The notes under the pieces were generated by a model. It made no database searches. It was not told the origin of the DNA and saw nothing but the letters and a program-made list of their open reading frames with translations. From the NCBI GenBank assembly GCA_009602725.1, contig WELB01000022.1, positions 246,715-310,714 of the forward strand: a stretch of 64,000 nt of DNA, in the 5' to 3' direction. The DNA comes from Spirogloea muscicola (Eukaryota). Position 1 is the first letter of the stretch, and every line of letters starts with the position of its first letter. The translations under genes were made by a program, and so were the position numbers. Shown here in pieces: positions 49,401 through 61,789 of this stretch.

Positions 49401-51445
49401 CAAAGTAACAGGGTGACAGTAGTACCCACGGGTGAGCATAAACAAATCCGACAAGCTAACTTGGGGAGCTGGAGCGCCGCCACGAAAGCCGGAGGCGTGA
49501 CTTAGAGAGCACCCTGCACGCTGGTGAATAGCCAGAGCTTGCGAGCGCTGCAAACTAAGCGAAAGCCGCATTCTGTAACTTGCAATTTATGCCTGGGCAA
49601 TGCTAGTGTGGCCCTAGCTGCCCCCCCGACTGCGACGACGCGCGTCAACCAATCCGGCCAGATGCTGGATGAGGATAGACCATTTCGCGCCATAGCCTCC
49701 GTAGAGGCCACACGCTTCCGTGGCGGCGCTCCAGCTCCCAAGTTAGTCTGTCGAGTCTTTTGTGCTCACTCTTGGGTACTATTGTCATATTATCACCTTA
49801 AGCCATCTTAGCATAGGGCTTCGTTTCATGTAGCCCCACTTATTGCACTGCCTTTATTTTTGCCTGAACAATGTACAAGCTTGAATTGGCCACCCTTTCA
49901 TTGCATGCGCACCGCGCGCCTTCTCTCTCTCGCCTGTGTAAGAGCTGCTACATCTGGACCTTGTTCACCTCTTGTGGGCTGGCTTTTACTCTGGAAAGAG
50001 CCTGTTTATCTCTCGGACCTCGTCCATTCCATTGGGCTGGCCTCTCACAGCCATTGCCTTACATTGGACGAGCTGTTCAATTCTTGTTTTTGGGCTGGCC
50101 TCTCACAGCTACTGCCTTTCATTGAACAAGCTGTTGCTCTCTTCTATAAGACCACATCCATTCCTTTGGACCTTGTCCATTATTACTCAGCGGATTTCTC
50201 ACAGCCGCCGGCCTCTACGAAGAAGCCCCTGCCGCTCGGGTCAAAAGCTAATATATGCAGATCACCCGCGGGAAGACGAGTTCATCCCGCTCGCCGTCGA
50301 TACGCACGGGGCGCTGGGGGCTCGGTGGCTCGAGCTGCTCAACCAGCTCTCACGCCATTGTCCGCCGCTTCCATGGGGAGCCGGTGGACTCCCATGTAGC
50401 CGGGTCGCTAGCGCAGGTGTACCGCATGCGCTTGGCCGTCTCGCTGCAGAGGTCTATGGCCCACGCGCTGAACCTGCGTGCAGGCAGAGCCCTCGCTGCT
50501 GCCTCTGGCTCTGGCCAGGGGACCCGCTTCTAGGAACCAGTCTCTCTGACCTGAGGCTGCTTAGCAGGGGTTACTGAGTGCTTCGTAGCTGCTTCGTTTC
50601 TTTTTGTGCTTGTTGTTCTTCATGCTTCCCCTGGCCCCTTCTCGTCCTTTGTTCATTCTTTTTTGGGCTGGCTTTTTCCAGCCCCTATCCTTATTGGGCG
50701 AGCCCTTCTCTCTATTTTCCACAGCCCGCAAGCCCTCGGCATGTTGCCTTAGCCACCTTAGCATAGGGCTTCATCTCACGTAGCCCCACTACTTGCAACT
50801 AGCTTCTGCCTGAACAGTGCGTTGGCTTGGAATGGCCTCCCTTGCCTGTCATGCGCACCGCGCACCGCTCTGTCGGGAAGAGAAATGGAGTGTGCATTGA
50901 GTGGTGGAGGGCCTACAGTGGCCAACTATAGTGGCAAGCACTGTGATAGACGTGAATCCACCTGCTGCTACTAAGCTGACCCGCTCAGCAACCACGAGTC
51001 AGCACGTTGAGCGCGCGGCGAGCGCAGCGGGGGAGGGGCGGAGGGGGTGAGGATCGGGCCGTACGTGGGGTCGATGGGCGGCAGTGCTGGGCAGATACAG
51101 AATCAGGGGGTGCCCGCCGGTTGGGGCCCCAGGGCGTCAATCGTGCGCATTGATTAGGACGGCGGGGCATTGGTTCTCCCACATGCGCGCTGTGCGCCTA
51201 CGTCGTCCGCCCGCCCCCGTGGGGGGCCCCGCCCCGCGCCCCCCCGGGCCACCCCCCCCGCGGCTCGCCCGCGGCCACGCCGCGCCCCACTTGTGGCTCT
51301 CCGCTCCTCTCGTCACGAGCACCCATCTGTATGCTTATCTGTATGTTTTCCTCAGTGCTTCCCCTGGCCCCCTTCTCGTACTTCGTCCATTCTTTTTTGG
51401 GCTGGCTTTCTCCAGCCCCTATCCTCCATGGGCGAGCCCTTCTTC
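46495..51445. mobile_element. ~5 kb nested cluster of retroelement fragments in both orientations
   Basis: Copies at 46495-46800(-), 47203-47318(-), 47530-47740(-), 48370-48840(-; HVLRS..GGECTAARD..RLVDLVA..KAVKY), 48855-49110(-), 49320-49570(-), 49716-49930(+), 50010-50215(+), 50250-50712(+; ...SLSDLRLLSRGY* with UTR), 50750-50870(+), 51355-51445(+). Confidence 0.88.
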
Positions 51446-51824
51446 ATCTGTATGCACGAACACCTGTATGCACCCTCGATCGGGCTTTCGCAGCCGCCCT
51501 CCTGTTGATGTCGAGAGCCGCAGCTCTCTCCAGCGCACCGGAGTTGCTCCCCTCGCCTCAGCTCATCTGACTCCTGTTGCTGACACGGGGTTACTGAGGA
51601 GAAGAAGAAGTGCGCCCTGCCTGCTCAGCCTGTGGTTCCGCTGACGTAGCCATATACACCCTCTGTATGCACCTGGCTGGCCTTTCACAGCCGCTCTTCT
51701 GGCACGATAGCCGCATCCTTCCTGCGCTCCCTCCCACGCCGCCTGCCCCGCCCCTCTCTCTCGCTCCGCGCCGGCGCCGCTGCTCTTGGTGCTTCTAGAC
51801 CAGCCCAACTGCGGCTCTGCCGCC

Positions 51825-53818
51825 ATGACGCTCCCCTTCGCCTGCACCGCCGCCCGGGAGGTCCAGCCCGACACCATCCTGGTCGCCGTCGGCAGCGACC
51901 CGGAGGCCAGCATGACGACCATCCGCTGGGTGCTCACCAACCTCCGCAAGCCGAACGACCTCATCACGCTGCTCTACATCGTCAGCAGGGTGCCAGTCGA
52001 AGGTGAGCTGCGGCTGCCTTGCCCCTACTAGACCGTCTGGACGGCCCTAGCATCTATCTCCAGGTCGTGCTCTTCCCGCCATCACCAATGTTGGGCTCTC
52101 TGGAGTAGACATTGCTTTCGATGGTGCCCCTTATTGCTCGCATGGGCAACCTGTGTCGGGATCTCAGTGGTCGAGTCGTGCATTGACTGTATGGCCCACC
52201 ATGCCCAAAGTAGCGTGTTGTTGCACCAACCAAGGCTGCCCACAGCAAGACTGTCATGCAGTCTCTGGATCTTGTGCATGCTGGCAAAGCGTGTGTCCAT
52301 CTGGGTAGGCGACCACCCTATTGAGCAAAATCTGGTTGAACTGACCCAATTTGAGTACCTGCAGGGAAAAAGTGGGTGAAAGTAAGCCGTGCAAGGCTTG
52401 ATGGCTTGGGGGAGCATATCCGGAATGTCATTCAACCATATCTGCATCAGCTCAGAACCATCTGTGAAAATCTTTTTGTAACTGGCCCCACGCCCTCTTA
52501 CCTCTTTGCCATGAAAATCGTGACTTGTTGGACCTTTGCCACTGCTTACTTGCTATTCTTCGATCATTCCACTGGCAAGCCACTGTGTACCCACATTCTC
52601 TGCAGATCTGACCATGAAATCAGCTGCAAACACTTGTTGACAGAATTTGACAATGCATGCCTTGGTCGGCAGATCCCCCACGTTGATATCAAGATTGCGA
52701 TAAACAACGACAAAGGGGGGGGTATCGTGGAGCACATGAAGCTCCAGGAGACCACAAAGCTCGTGCTAAGCACACCAGTTACCTTCATGAGCCACTCCAG
52801 TCACCTTCTTTTCGGATCTAGCAATCAACCAACATGGTGAGTGAGCTTGTCATGCGCCATCTGCTTCGTAGCAAGTGCCGTAAGGAGATAGAGTGCCTGC
52901 GCAGAGTAGTTGTGATGGGTTGGTGCAGAGGAGGTCCCTATGATCGTTGTGGGGTCTGGTCAAGGACCAAGCAACTTGCGCATGTACATGCCTTTTGACT
53001 TCGTGATTACTATAAACAGGTCGCTTGGGCACTCAGTGGCACACTGCATCAAATATCGCTCCCGTACCACATCAATCTACGTGCTTCAGAATGATCAGCT
53101 CTTGTATCACAAAGGGGCATGCTGTCACAAGGAGACAGTATTAAAGCAATTGGCTGGTGACACGAGTAGAGAAGGTACAACGATCATAATCAGCATCCAT
53201 ACCCCTTCACCTGTCAGCAGTAGCTTGTGTGCTGGCTTGGTGTAGAGATTCACATGTGTCAGGTACGGCTTTTGGCTCCTTGCGATTGGCATGCTGCACT
53301 CGCCATAAGAGAAATAGAGTGCAAGTTGTCTAACATGTGTTCCTACTCATCATGCAGACAATGCCCTGATGGTCGTACACAATCTCCAGGTGCCTGCCAA
53401 GCAAACAAAGCGGTTGAGCCCTCATGCCACCTGCCTTTCGCCGTCCCATTTGGAGGAGGGTATTGGTACTGTTGCTCAGCCACTGTGGGGGAAGTCCTTG
53501 ACCTCGAAGTCATCCACACTCGAGCGGCCGCCTCACCCCAGCCTCTCGTCTGGTGTCACCGCCACCCTTGCTACTGTCTCGCTGTCAAACCTTGCTAATA
53601 CGACCTCTAAGTCCTGCCAGCGGCTGCCTCCCTACAGCCTATCCTCTGAGGTGACAGTAAGTCTTGCCGGTTCCGAGGAGTCAGGCTCTGCCAGCATCCG
53701 TAGGGATGTGAATATGGAGGGCCCGAGGGACGAACTGTGGTATACTCTCAGGCGGAGCATTGACACCCGGCAATCCATCGAGATGAGGCACAGCAAGGCA
53801 CTAGTCTCATGTAGATGA
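51825..53818 (+). CDS. Universal stress protein (USP/adenine nucleotide alpha-hydrolase-like) domain protein; 3' part uncertain
   Basis: TILVAVGSDPEASMTTIRWVLTNLRKPNDLITLLYI, later KGGGIVEHMKLQETTKLVLST and SLGHSVAHCIK...IYVL; Ser-rich tail. Confidence 0.6.
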
Positions 53819-54813
53819 GTCCTGGAATCATCAGTCTGATCATCATTGTCACTTTCATCAGAGGTCCGAGGGGCCTTCCTACATCCAGATCTTCCTGCAC
53901 CTAGTCGTCAATGTGTCGAGAAGTGCCTTAGCTTGATCACTGTGCTCCGTCACCTTGGGTGCTTGTATATATTAGGAACCATAAAGTCACCCAACATTCA
54001 CTGGCAAAATGCCCATTACTAGCTTCCTGTAAGTCCCCATATACTTCTTGCTTCACCTTTACTAGTTACAGTATTCACCAGCAATTCTAATACCCATCAT
54101 CTGCACCTTTGAGATGCCCCTCCCCAATTCGTTCTTGCTGATATTTACAATCCAAAGAAATGCCAGCCAGATGTCAATCACTCCTGACACCTGGATCGAA
54201 GGAGGCTACACCACGTTGCCTGCAGGGGCTTGTGCCTTTAGACTGTAGTACTGGGTGGTGCTCCCATGGCCCTAGCTGTTCTCAATCTGGCAATAAGGGC
54301 ACGTCCACTTTGAGATTCTTTTGCAGAGTCACAGACTCTTACTGTATTGGACTACCACCTATTACTTGCAATGCTTCGTGAATTGCACCTCAACGCGTTG
54401 TGTGCAAATAGTCTGGAATGTGCAGCTTCAAGTACATTTTCACTCTTGCCTGTGTGTTTTGTGGATGCACCAAGTGCCCAAAGAGCGCATTGTTATTTTG
54501 TTGAGCTAGCTTCACGGGCCTGCTAACACCATATGATAAATGTGAGCATCACTGCCTGGCCGTGTGGCCAATGTCCAGATGTTCAAGTCAAGCCAGGACT
54601 CTTGATGCCAATGAAATGAGGGCCAACAGAGTTCCTCCGCTGACACAGTAGCCTTACCCCACCTTCAAGACCTCAATGTGACTGTTTGCTTGTTGATCTC
54701 CTAGCATACAGCAGACCAGCAGTGTCTGACATCTTTGATGCCATTGGCATACAGTCAGTGTGCAGTCTTGGTAGAAAGGATCTATGTATCACTGGGCCTC
54801 AAGATGAATGTGC

Positions 54814-56879
54814 CTAATCTATCTGCAGGATTGCAGCCTGCACATGGAGAGCATGCTCCACCTCGGCCCAATCTTTCACCCGTCCAATGAGTGGATGCTG
54901 CGGCCCACACTCTGTCTTGCTCCACGCATAGTCGAGATTCCAGTCAAAGAGAAGGGCTCGGATGCCATGCTCGGCACACTCCACCGCATACCTTGGATTG
55001 TCATCAATAATTACGTCAATCCCAAGGGACCTGTTTGTAGAAGCCAGAGTGTTAGAAGCCAGAACAGAGCAACACTGCGACTCTTGTCACAATCCAGCTC
55101 AGAGACACTTTATTTCCATGCTCACTTTCACAAGATCCAACAAATGTCTAACAAGAAGCTGATCACTAATATTCTTGTTGTGACTGACAATGTCACCAAG
55201 TCTCCTTGCACTGGGCAGCATGGAGGCTTGGTGTTACCATGGCTAACTGAGCACTACATTGAGCAATATGTAAGCGGAGGACATACTTGCAAATGTCTGA
55301 CTTAGGCCTTGCCACACCCTCCAGAGCGAAGTGATTACCAAAGTGGACAGCATCAAATGTCTGGGGAAAGTGTTTATTCAACCACTCCAGGGTGGGCTGT
55401 CGGATCACGTGCTGCCTGGACCTGACATCGAAGGAGTGGCTGGGTGTCACTTCTACATGTCAGGAACCAGCTGTCCGCCCGAAGACCTAGCGCATAATGC
55501 AACAAGACCTAGCTCAAATTGCAGCGATGCAGCTTTCAGGACAGTATAGTGCGCACTGCTTACGTAACAACAGTCAGCTGGCAGTAGGACGACAGTCTCT
55601 GAAGCGCCTCCCGGGCGCCAGGAATAGGTGGGATGCCATTGTTGAAGTGGTCCGACTCAAAGAATGCGTGAACACGGTGGTTGGCTGCCAATTGCAGACA
55701 GAGCTGGCGATTGAAGAGAGCAAAAGCATGCGTTGCGGAGAATTGCTGACATTGGAGCAAGACAGGCAAAGTTGTTGCAAGAGAGCTGTCTTCTGTCAGA
55801 GCTGTCATTGGGTTACAAAGCTAGGGCAACTCAGCAGGACTCACCCTCCGCTTGAGTGCAGTCCCAGATCTGGCAGCCCAGGCAAAATTGAGAAAAGGTA
55901 AGCCAGAAGAAAACATTGAACGTTCACAAAATGGATCTGAACACCTGGTCTACGACATATACAAGCCTTTTGAATCTCAACAGCAGAGAGCTCAGCCCAA
56001 GGTATCTGAGCTGAATATATCCTGCACAAGCCGTATCTGCGATGCAAATGCAAATGCAAATTGCCAGAGCAGCCACGTGAGGCCAAGTATTTATCTTGAA
56101 GGGCTCCTCGAGAAGGGCCAAGGGTCACTAACAGAAGATCTAGCTTTTTGTAGGTCACAGAAATGCAGAAATCCCTCACCTTCATGAAGTCGTAAACATG
56201 GAACTCCGACAGGTCATGCTCGACTTTGTACGTCTCAGCCGTGAATTCATTCAACGTCGACAGGAAGCTCCCAAGCACTGCCATCGGGCCGCAGCCCACC
56301 GAGAGCAGTCAGAAGCCCAGACAGATCCTAGCCAGCTGGGCTTCGGGCACATCATCCATCGCGCTGGACTGGGCTCTTGCACACAGGCAGGTACACAGCT
56401 CACTGCTCGGTCGGAGCTAGGACAGTGAAGGCCAGTGGTGCTGCCGCACCTTCGTCGACGTCCACGGCGACGTGCAGCTTCCGCGCGGCAGCCGGCTGGT
56501 GTCCCGGACGGGACACCGCGGCGGACAGGAGCTCGCCAGCCGCGGCCGCCGCGGCAGCCTCGTCGGCGCTGTGCGAGGGGGCTGACGCCGGCGTGTCGGG
56601 GCGGGCCGTGNCGCCGCCGCCGCCGCCGTCGCCGCCGTCGCCGCTGCCGGCCGGAACAATGGATTTGTCAATCCGCGCGCATCCGACGGGGCACTGACGG
56701 CTGAGACCGCCCGCCGCTGCGGGTGCGCCGCGCCGCTCGGGCAGCCGGATCGAGGGCGCCGCCGCGAATGCCGCGGCAGCGGGCCGCCGCCGCCGCCGCC
56801 GCAGGCCGCCGGCGGGAGGGCTGGAGCGGCGGGAGTTGGTCAGCTGGGCCGCTTGGCAGCTAAGGTGACAGTGTGACAT
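54814..56879 (-). CDS. HAD-superfamily 5'(3')-deoxyribonucleotidase-like (NT5C family) protein
   Basis: VAVDVDE|VLG (DxD motif), PIPGAREALQRL, VVT|SRQ, FGNHFAL..PKSDIC, IIDDNPRYA. Confidence 0.9.
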
Positions 56880-57089
56880 TAGTAGCCACGGTTGAGCACA
56901 TACAGATTCAAGCCTTTCGTAATCAAGGAGGCGGGCTGGCCCCCCCGTCTCGGAGCGACGCCGGGTCGTCGTCAAGGCGCCTTCTCGACACGGCCGGTGG
57001 CGGCAGTGGCCGGCAAACGGGCGGCCGAGCGACCCCAGGCGGGGCGGCCGCAGAGGCGGCTTCTGGCGGCCCGACTCCCGCCAAGGTAG

Positions 57090-58160
57090 AGAGAGGGGAG
57101 AAGGCGCGCGGTGCGCATGAAAGGGAGGCTGATTCAGGCCAATACATTGTTCAAAAGGTAGGTAGAACAGGAAAGGAAACAGTTCTCACAGCCATTGCTG
57201 TTCTGTTCACAGCAATGGCTGTGAGAGGCCAGCCCAAAGGAATGGACAAGGTCTGAATGGGCTGGCCGTGCTCAGGAGAAGTGGCTCTCCCAAAGGGGGG
57301 CAAGTGCTGTGAACAGCCAGCACAAAGAGAATTGACAAGGTCCGAAGTGGCCAAAAGCGCCGTCAGAGAGCTTGGGTAGGATCACTGAGTAACCACGAGT
57401 GAGGAGCCGCAAAAACAAGGCCTTCACAGCCGCCTCTGAACAAGAAAGTGCTCGCCCATAGAGAAGAGGGGCTGGCAAAGCCAGCCCAAAAATGGATGGA
57501 CAATGTCCAAAGCCAAAGAAAGAGGAGCCGGAAAAGGACTACACTACAAAACACTGCAAAACACATAGACGATGCAGAGGGAAGCTCAGTACCCACGACT
57601 GAGCAACATCAGGTCTGAGTAGCTCGCTGCAGGGAAAGAGGCACTCCGCCGAGACCCAGAGGCGGCGGCCATAGCCAGCCTGCTCGCGTGTGGACGGCGT
57701 GGGCAAGGGAGCGTTGAAGCGATATGGCCAGGCGCATGCGGAAGACTTGTGCAAGCGAACCGGCGGCGTTGAAGCCGGGCATCGCCCCTGAACACTAGCA
57801 GTCGAGTTGCTCGCTACCTGGAGACTAGTTTCTCTGAGCTGCAGGCTGCTCAACAGGGAATGTTGAGAGAAGTGCGCGCCCATGTTGAGCAGCGGCCACC
57901 AGACGCTGTGAGCTTTAGCGCTTTTCTGGCCCCTTCGAACTTTGTTCCTTCTTTCCCTGGGCTGGCCAAATACAGCCATCGCCCTCCATTACATTGGAGA
58001 GAAAAGACGCTTCCAGGAGAGGGCGGTGGCTGGGAGAGGCCAGCCCATAAGAAAAGAGTGAACGAAGTTTGAAGGGGCCAGGGAAAGCGCTAAAAGAACA
58101 GCGCTTCCAAATTGACTGGTGGCTATGAGAGGCCAGCCCAAAAGAATGGACGAGGGAAAA
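57090..58160. mobile_element. Cluster of retroelement 3' ends in a divergent promoter
   Basis: At least seven UTR or C-terminal fragments; 57586-57790 reads ...SASFPAASYSDLMLLSRGY*; a plus-strand UTR lies at 57925-57990. Confidence 0.87.
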
Positions 58161-58469
58161 GCTAAGAGCTAAAAGCTAGCACTCTGGCAGTCTTCCTCTT
58201 AGCAGCCGATCTCTGTGATATCAGCAGTAGCCTTCCCCAGCGCGCCGGCCCTCACGCCCGCATCGCAAGTCGGGCACCGCGGCGCGGGCTCTCTGGCGGC
58301 GGCGGCGACGGCGGGCGACGACTGCCACGGAGAGCGAGTCACAAGCGGCACACATCCGGCCGCACGCTGGTCGTCACCGGGGCCTGGCCGGACGGCCGGC
58401 TCAGTGGTCGCGATCGATAGGGACGAGCGATCAGCGGAAGCGTACGCTGCGCCCCGCCGCCCCGCTGGG

Positions 58470-60578
58470 ATGAGCTCCTCGGAGGAGGACCGGGGCCATC
58501 GCCGGCGCCGGCACCGCTCCGCGCAAGACGACGGCCTCGTCAAGCGGCGGAGGGCGAAAGGAGGCGAGGACGCGGCTCCTTCGCAAGAAGAGCAGTCGCC
58601 GCCGGCCGCGGCCAGAAAGCGCAGAAGGGAGCGTGAGAAGACGAGCGATCGATCGGGCAGCGACGGCAGCGGGAGCGGCGGCAGCAGCAGCGGGAGCGAG
58701 AGCTCCTCCGAAGGTGCTGCCTCATGTCGTGGCGCTGCCGCAAGCATCTGCCACATACGTCGCCCCAGGCCTGTCAGTCCGCCAAGCCCAGACTGCTCTA
58801 ACCACCGCTCCAGCTGTTGCTTGCTGCCAATTCAAGTCCACAGTAGCTTCATATAAGTGATACTTAGTAATACTGATGGTAAACCCCATGGTCAGATTCT
58901 GGCAACTCCAGCCAGTACCTGTGCGTCTTGGCAGTTTCAATTTGGACTGCAGACTAGGGATGACTGGGTTGCCGTTTGATCCTGCTGCTCAATTGAAGCT
59001 ATAAGATTAGTAAGAATGCTCAAGTATAGACCTGTGCTGCTACTGCGTTCTTGTGTCACGAAGATGAGAAGCGAAAGAAGCGGAAGAAGGATGAGAGACG
59101 ACGAAGGAGGAGGGAAGAGAAGGAGGAGCGCAGAAGGAGTAGGAGCAAAAAGGAGGAGGACAGAAGCAGCGGAAAGAAGGCCAAGAAAGCTGACAAGCAC
59201 CTTAAGAAGGATAAGGAAAAGCTACGTCTGCTTGGAGAGGCAAAGAAGTTTCTGCTAGGTGAATGTCCTCAGTGCATTGCATAGCTTTTTGTGAAGCAGA
59301 AGGACTTGTGCACAACACACATCCTAGGTGTATTGCTTCTTCCTAATATCACGCTTTTCTTGCAGCTGTCATCAAGTTTACAAGAGCTGCTATGTTGCCA
59401 TTGAGGTGCTCTAGAATTGTGGATGGAGGTGCGTAGTAGTGTTATTGAAAGCTGTGGTTGTTCCATGCACTGATATAGTCGCTCTGCCTCCTCCTGCCTG
59501 CTCAGAGCATCAAACTGAGCTTTCATCAAAGCGAGAGCCCAGTCTCCCTTCTGTGGATCCAACAAAGGTATGACTGCTGACCCCAGCTTTTAGTGGCAGC
59601 AAAAAGTATGAAGGAGCCATATTTAGGAATACGTTAGCTGTTGATGGAAGTTGCCCCTTTTCTCTGCACACCTGCAGATTGAGAAAATTGCTGAGGACGA
59701 CTACTTCCTCAAGAATGCCGAGTTTTCGACCTGGTTGAAAGAAGGTCGCGGTGTATACTTCTCAGACCTATCCTCGGAGCAGACGCACGACCTTTTTCAA
59801 ACTTTCACAACTCTCTGGAACTCTGGCCACCTGCCAGTGAAGCACTATGAAGGCATCGAGAAGGCACCACGTACAGCGCATGCTTGGGCCATCAGAGGCA
59901 GAGGAGACAATGGTGCACTTGGTAGGCTGATGATCAAGGCTGAATTTCTGCAATTGCAATCAAATGATACTGTACTGCAACCAAAGTTTTACAGTTCTGT
60001 CTTGCACTGACCTCCAAGTGGATATATCAACTTCTCTGCAGATGCTGCTGAGGAGGAAGACGGCAAGTTGGCCCAGAGGGCATTGGATAAACGGGAGAGG
60101 AAGATGGTGCAGAAGGAACACAATCTGGCCATGGATGAGCTCCTGCCCAAGGCGACAGGAAGGGAAGCCCTGCTTGAGAAGAAAGCCATCCGAAGGGAGC
60201 AGTCGCGTGCCAGAGATGTGAGTCCAGAGCTCATGCGTGAGAAAGATCTGCTTGGCGGCGGCGATGACTTCAAGGCCAGGTACACTCCTGGACAATCCTG
60301 ACGTGCCATCTATATGTCAGCAGGCCAGCTTCTGAATTAGCAAGGTAGAATTGCTATCTCGGTGGTCAGTCATTGAGAGGTCTGCGTGGACCTTTTACCA
60401 CAGACTGGCACGAGAGAGGGCATGGCGGGAGAAGAAGGCTTCACAGAAGGTGGAAGCTCTGCAGTCGAAGCAGGCAGATTTTCGAGACAAAGAGTCTGCC
60501 AAGATGGACATATTCAAGAGCATGGTGAATGCAGCCGGAGGAAGGATCGTGATACCAAAGCGAGCAAACCCTGGATGA
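58470..60578 (+). CDS. SCI1-like (style cell-cycle inhibitor 1) basic nuclear protein with extended C-terminus
   Basis: K/R/E-rich N-terminus; DDYFLKNAEFSTWLKE...FSDLSSE...WNSG...YEGI..APRTAHAW; then MDELLPKATGREALLEKK...GGGDDFKA. Confidence 0.8.
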
Positions 60579-61789
60579 TAGCACAATTTGGGCATAGTCT
60601 GTGCAGATTGCAACTTATGTTGCAGGCTGAAAGCCATTTGTCCTTGATTGTGCGAGGCAGTGCAGCAAGTGTGTCCCTGCAAGCCTTGCCTCACTTACTC
60701 TTGTGACATTCTGAGATCAAGGGTTCATGGTGACAGTTCTAGTAGGAGCTGCATAGGCTCTTGCCCAATCCTCCATGACTGTGGTGTTGCTCTTGCTGCA
60801 TTAAATCTGCACGCTAATCTCCATGCCCGTGGATGGTAGGATGTGCCTTGCTGTGAGAGGGCGGCGCAGCCCTTGTGCAGGTCAGAGGCAGGTGGCCTAA
60901 GAAGCAGGGAGCTGCTGGGAGCTTTTCCACTTCTGAAGGCAACTTCGCTGGGCAGGGGTCCCACAAGCCAGACGGTAATGCAAGCCGAATTCTTCAGAAT
61001 GGCGAGCACCTGTGCCACCGGGAGAAGAGCTGGAGCCAGGGCCGCCGTTGTTGAGTATGGTAGTTTGCTGAACCAGCGGTTTGGTGGAGGGGTAACAAGA
61101 CTCAGCCCAGTAGACCATGAAAGGTGCTGCCTCTAAAGAGGGGTGGGCCCCGGGACATCAGACTCATTCTGAATCTGAGGCAACTGCGCCTGCTTCCACG
61201 CCTTAGCTATGGTTGCCTCGTCCTGGGTGCCTGTTGTTGTTAAACTCTTAACCAATGGTGAATCTGCATCTGTATTCGCGAGAGGGGCGCTCTCCTGGTC
61301 CTCCGTAGAGGGGCAGATGCCCAGCTGGTGCATGGAGTGGGAAAGAGAGAAGCCCAGAAGCGGGGCCTGTTGAATCATAGACAGAGGTGCGACATCAACA
61401 ATTGCCAGCTCTGAAAGCTCTGGAAGTGCTGGTAGCTCAGAGTCCTTAGCCCCTTTTGAGGAGCTTATTTGGTTTGGGCTGGCGTCTCTGGAAGATCAGC
61501 AGCTAGTCCATGGGGGGAAGAAGGCGTGCCGTGGAATGTCAGCGCATCATATTTTATTTAGCACTTCTTCTTGATATAAGTATCCACCTCTAGTTCGCAA
61601 TGTGAGCTGATTAGGATTATGGAGTATTATAATTACTCTTCTTCTAATAGGCTCTGGAGCACACGAGCATATTTATTTTATAACAATAGCATTCATCACA
61701 AATACACCTAACTTTCCTCCAAGTTTTTTACTATTCAGTACTGCCAGCACTATTTTGATGTGTTCAAGCCCTTTCAACTATATAAATGT

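Noticed and set aside
60700..61550. Possible minus-strand gene downstream of the SCI1-like gene
   Set aside because: Frames are broken by stops; no consistent splice model or recognisable domain.
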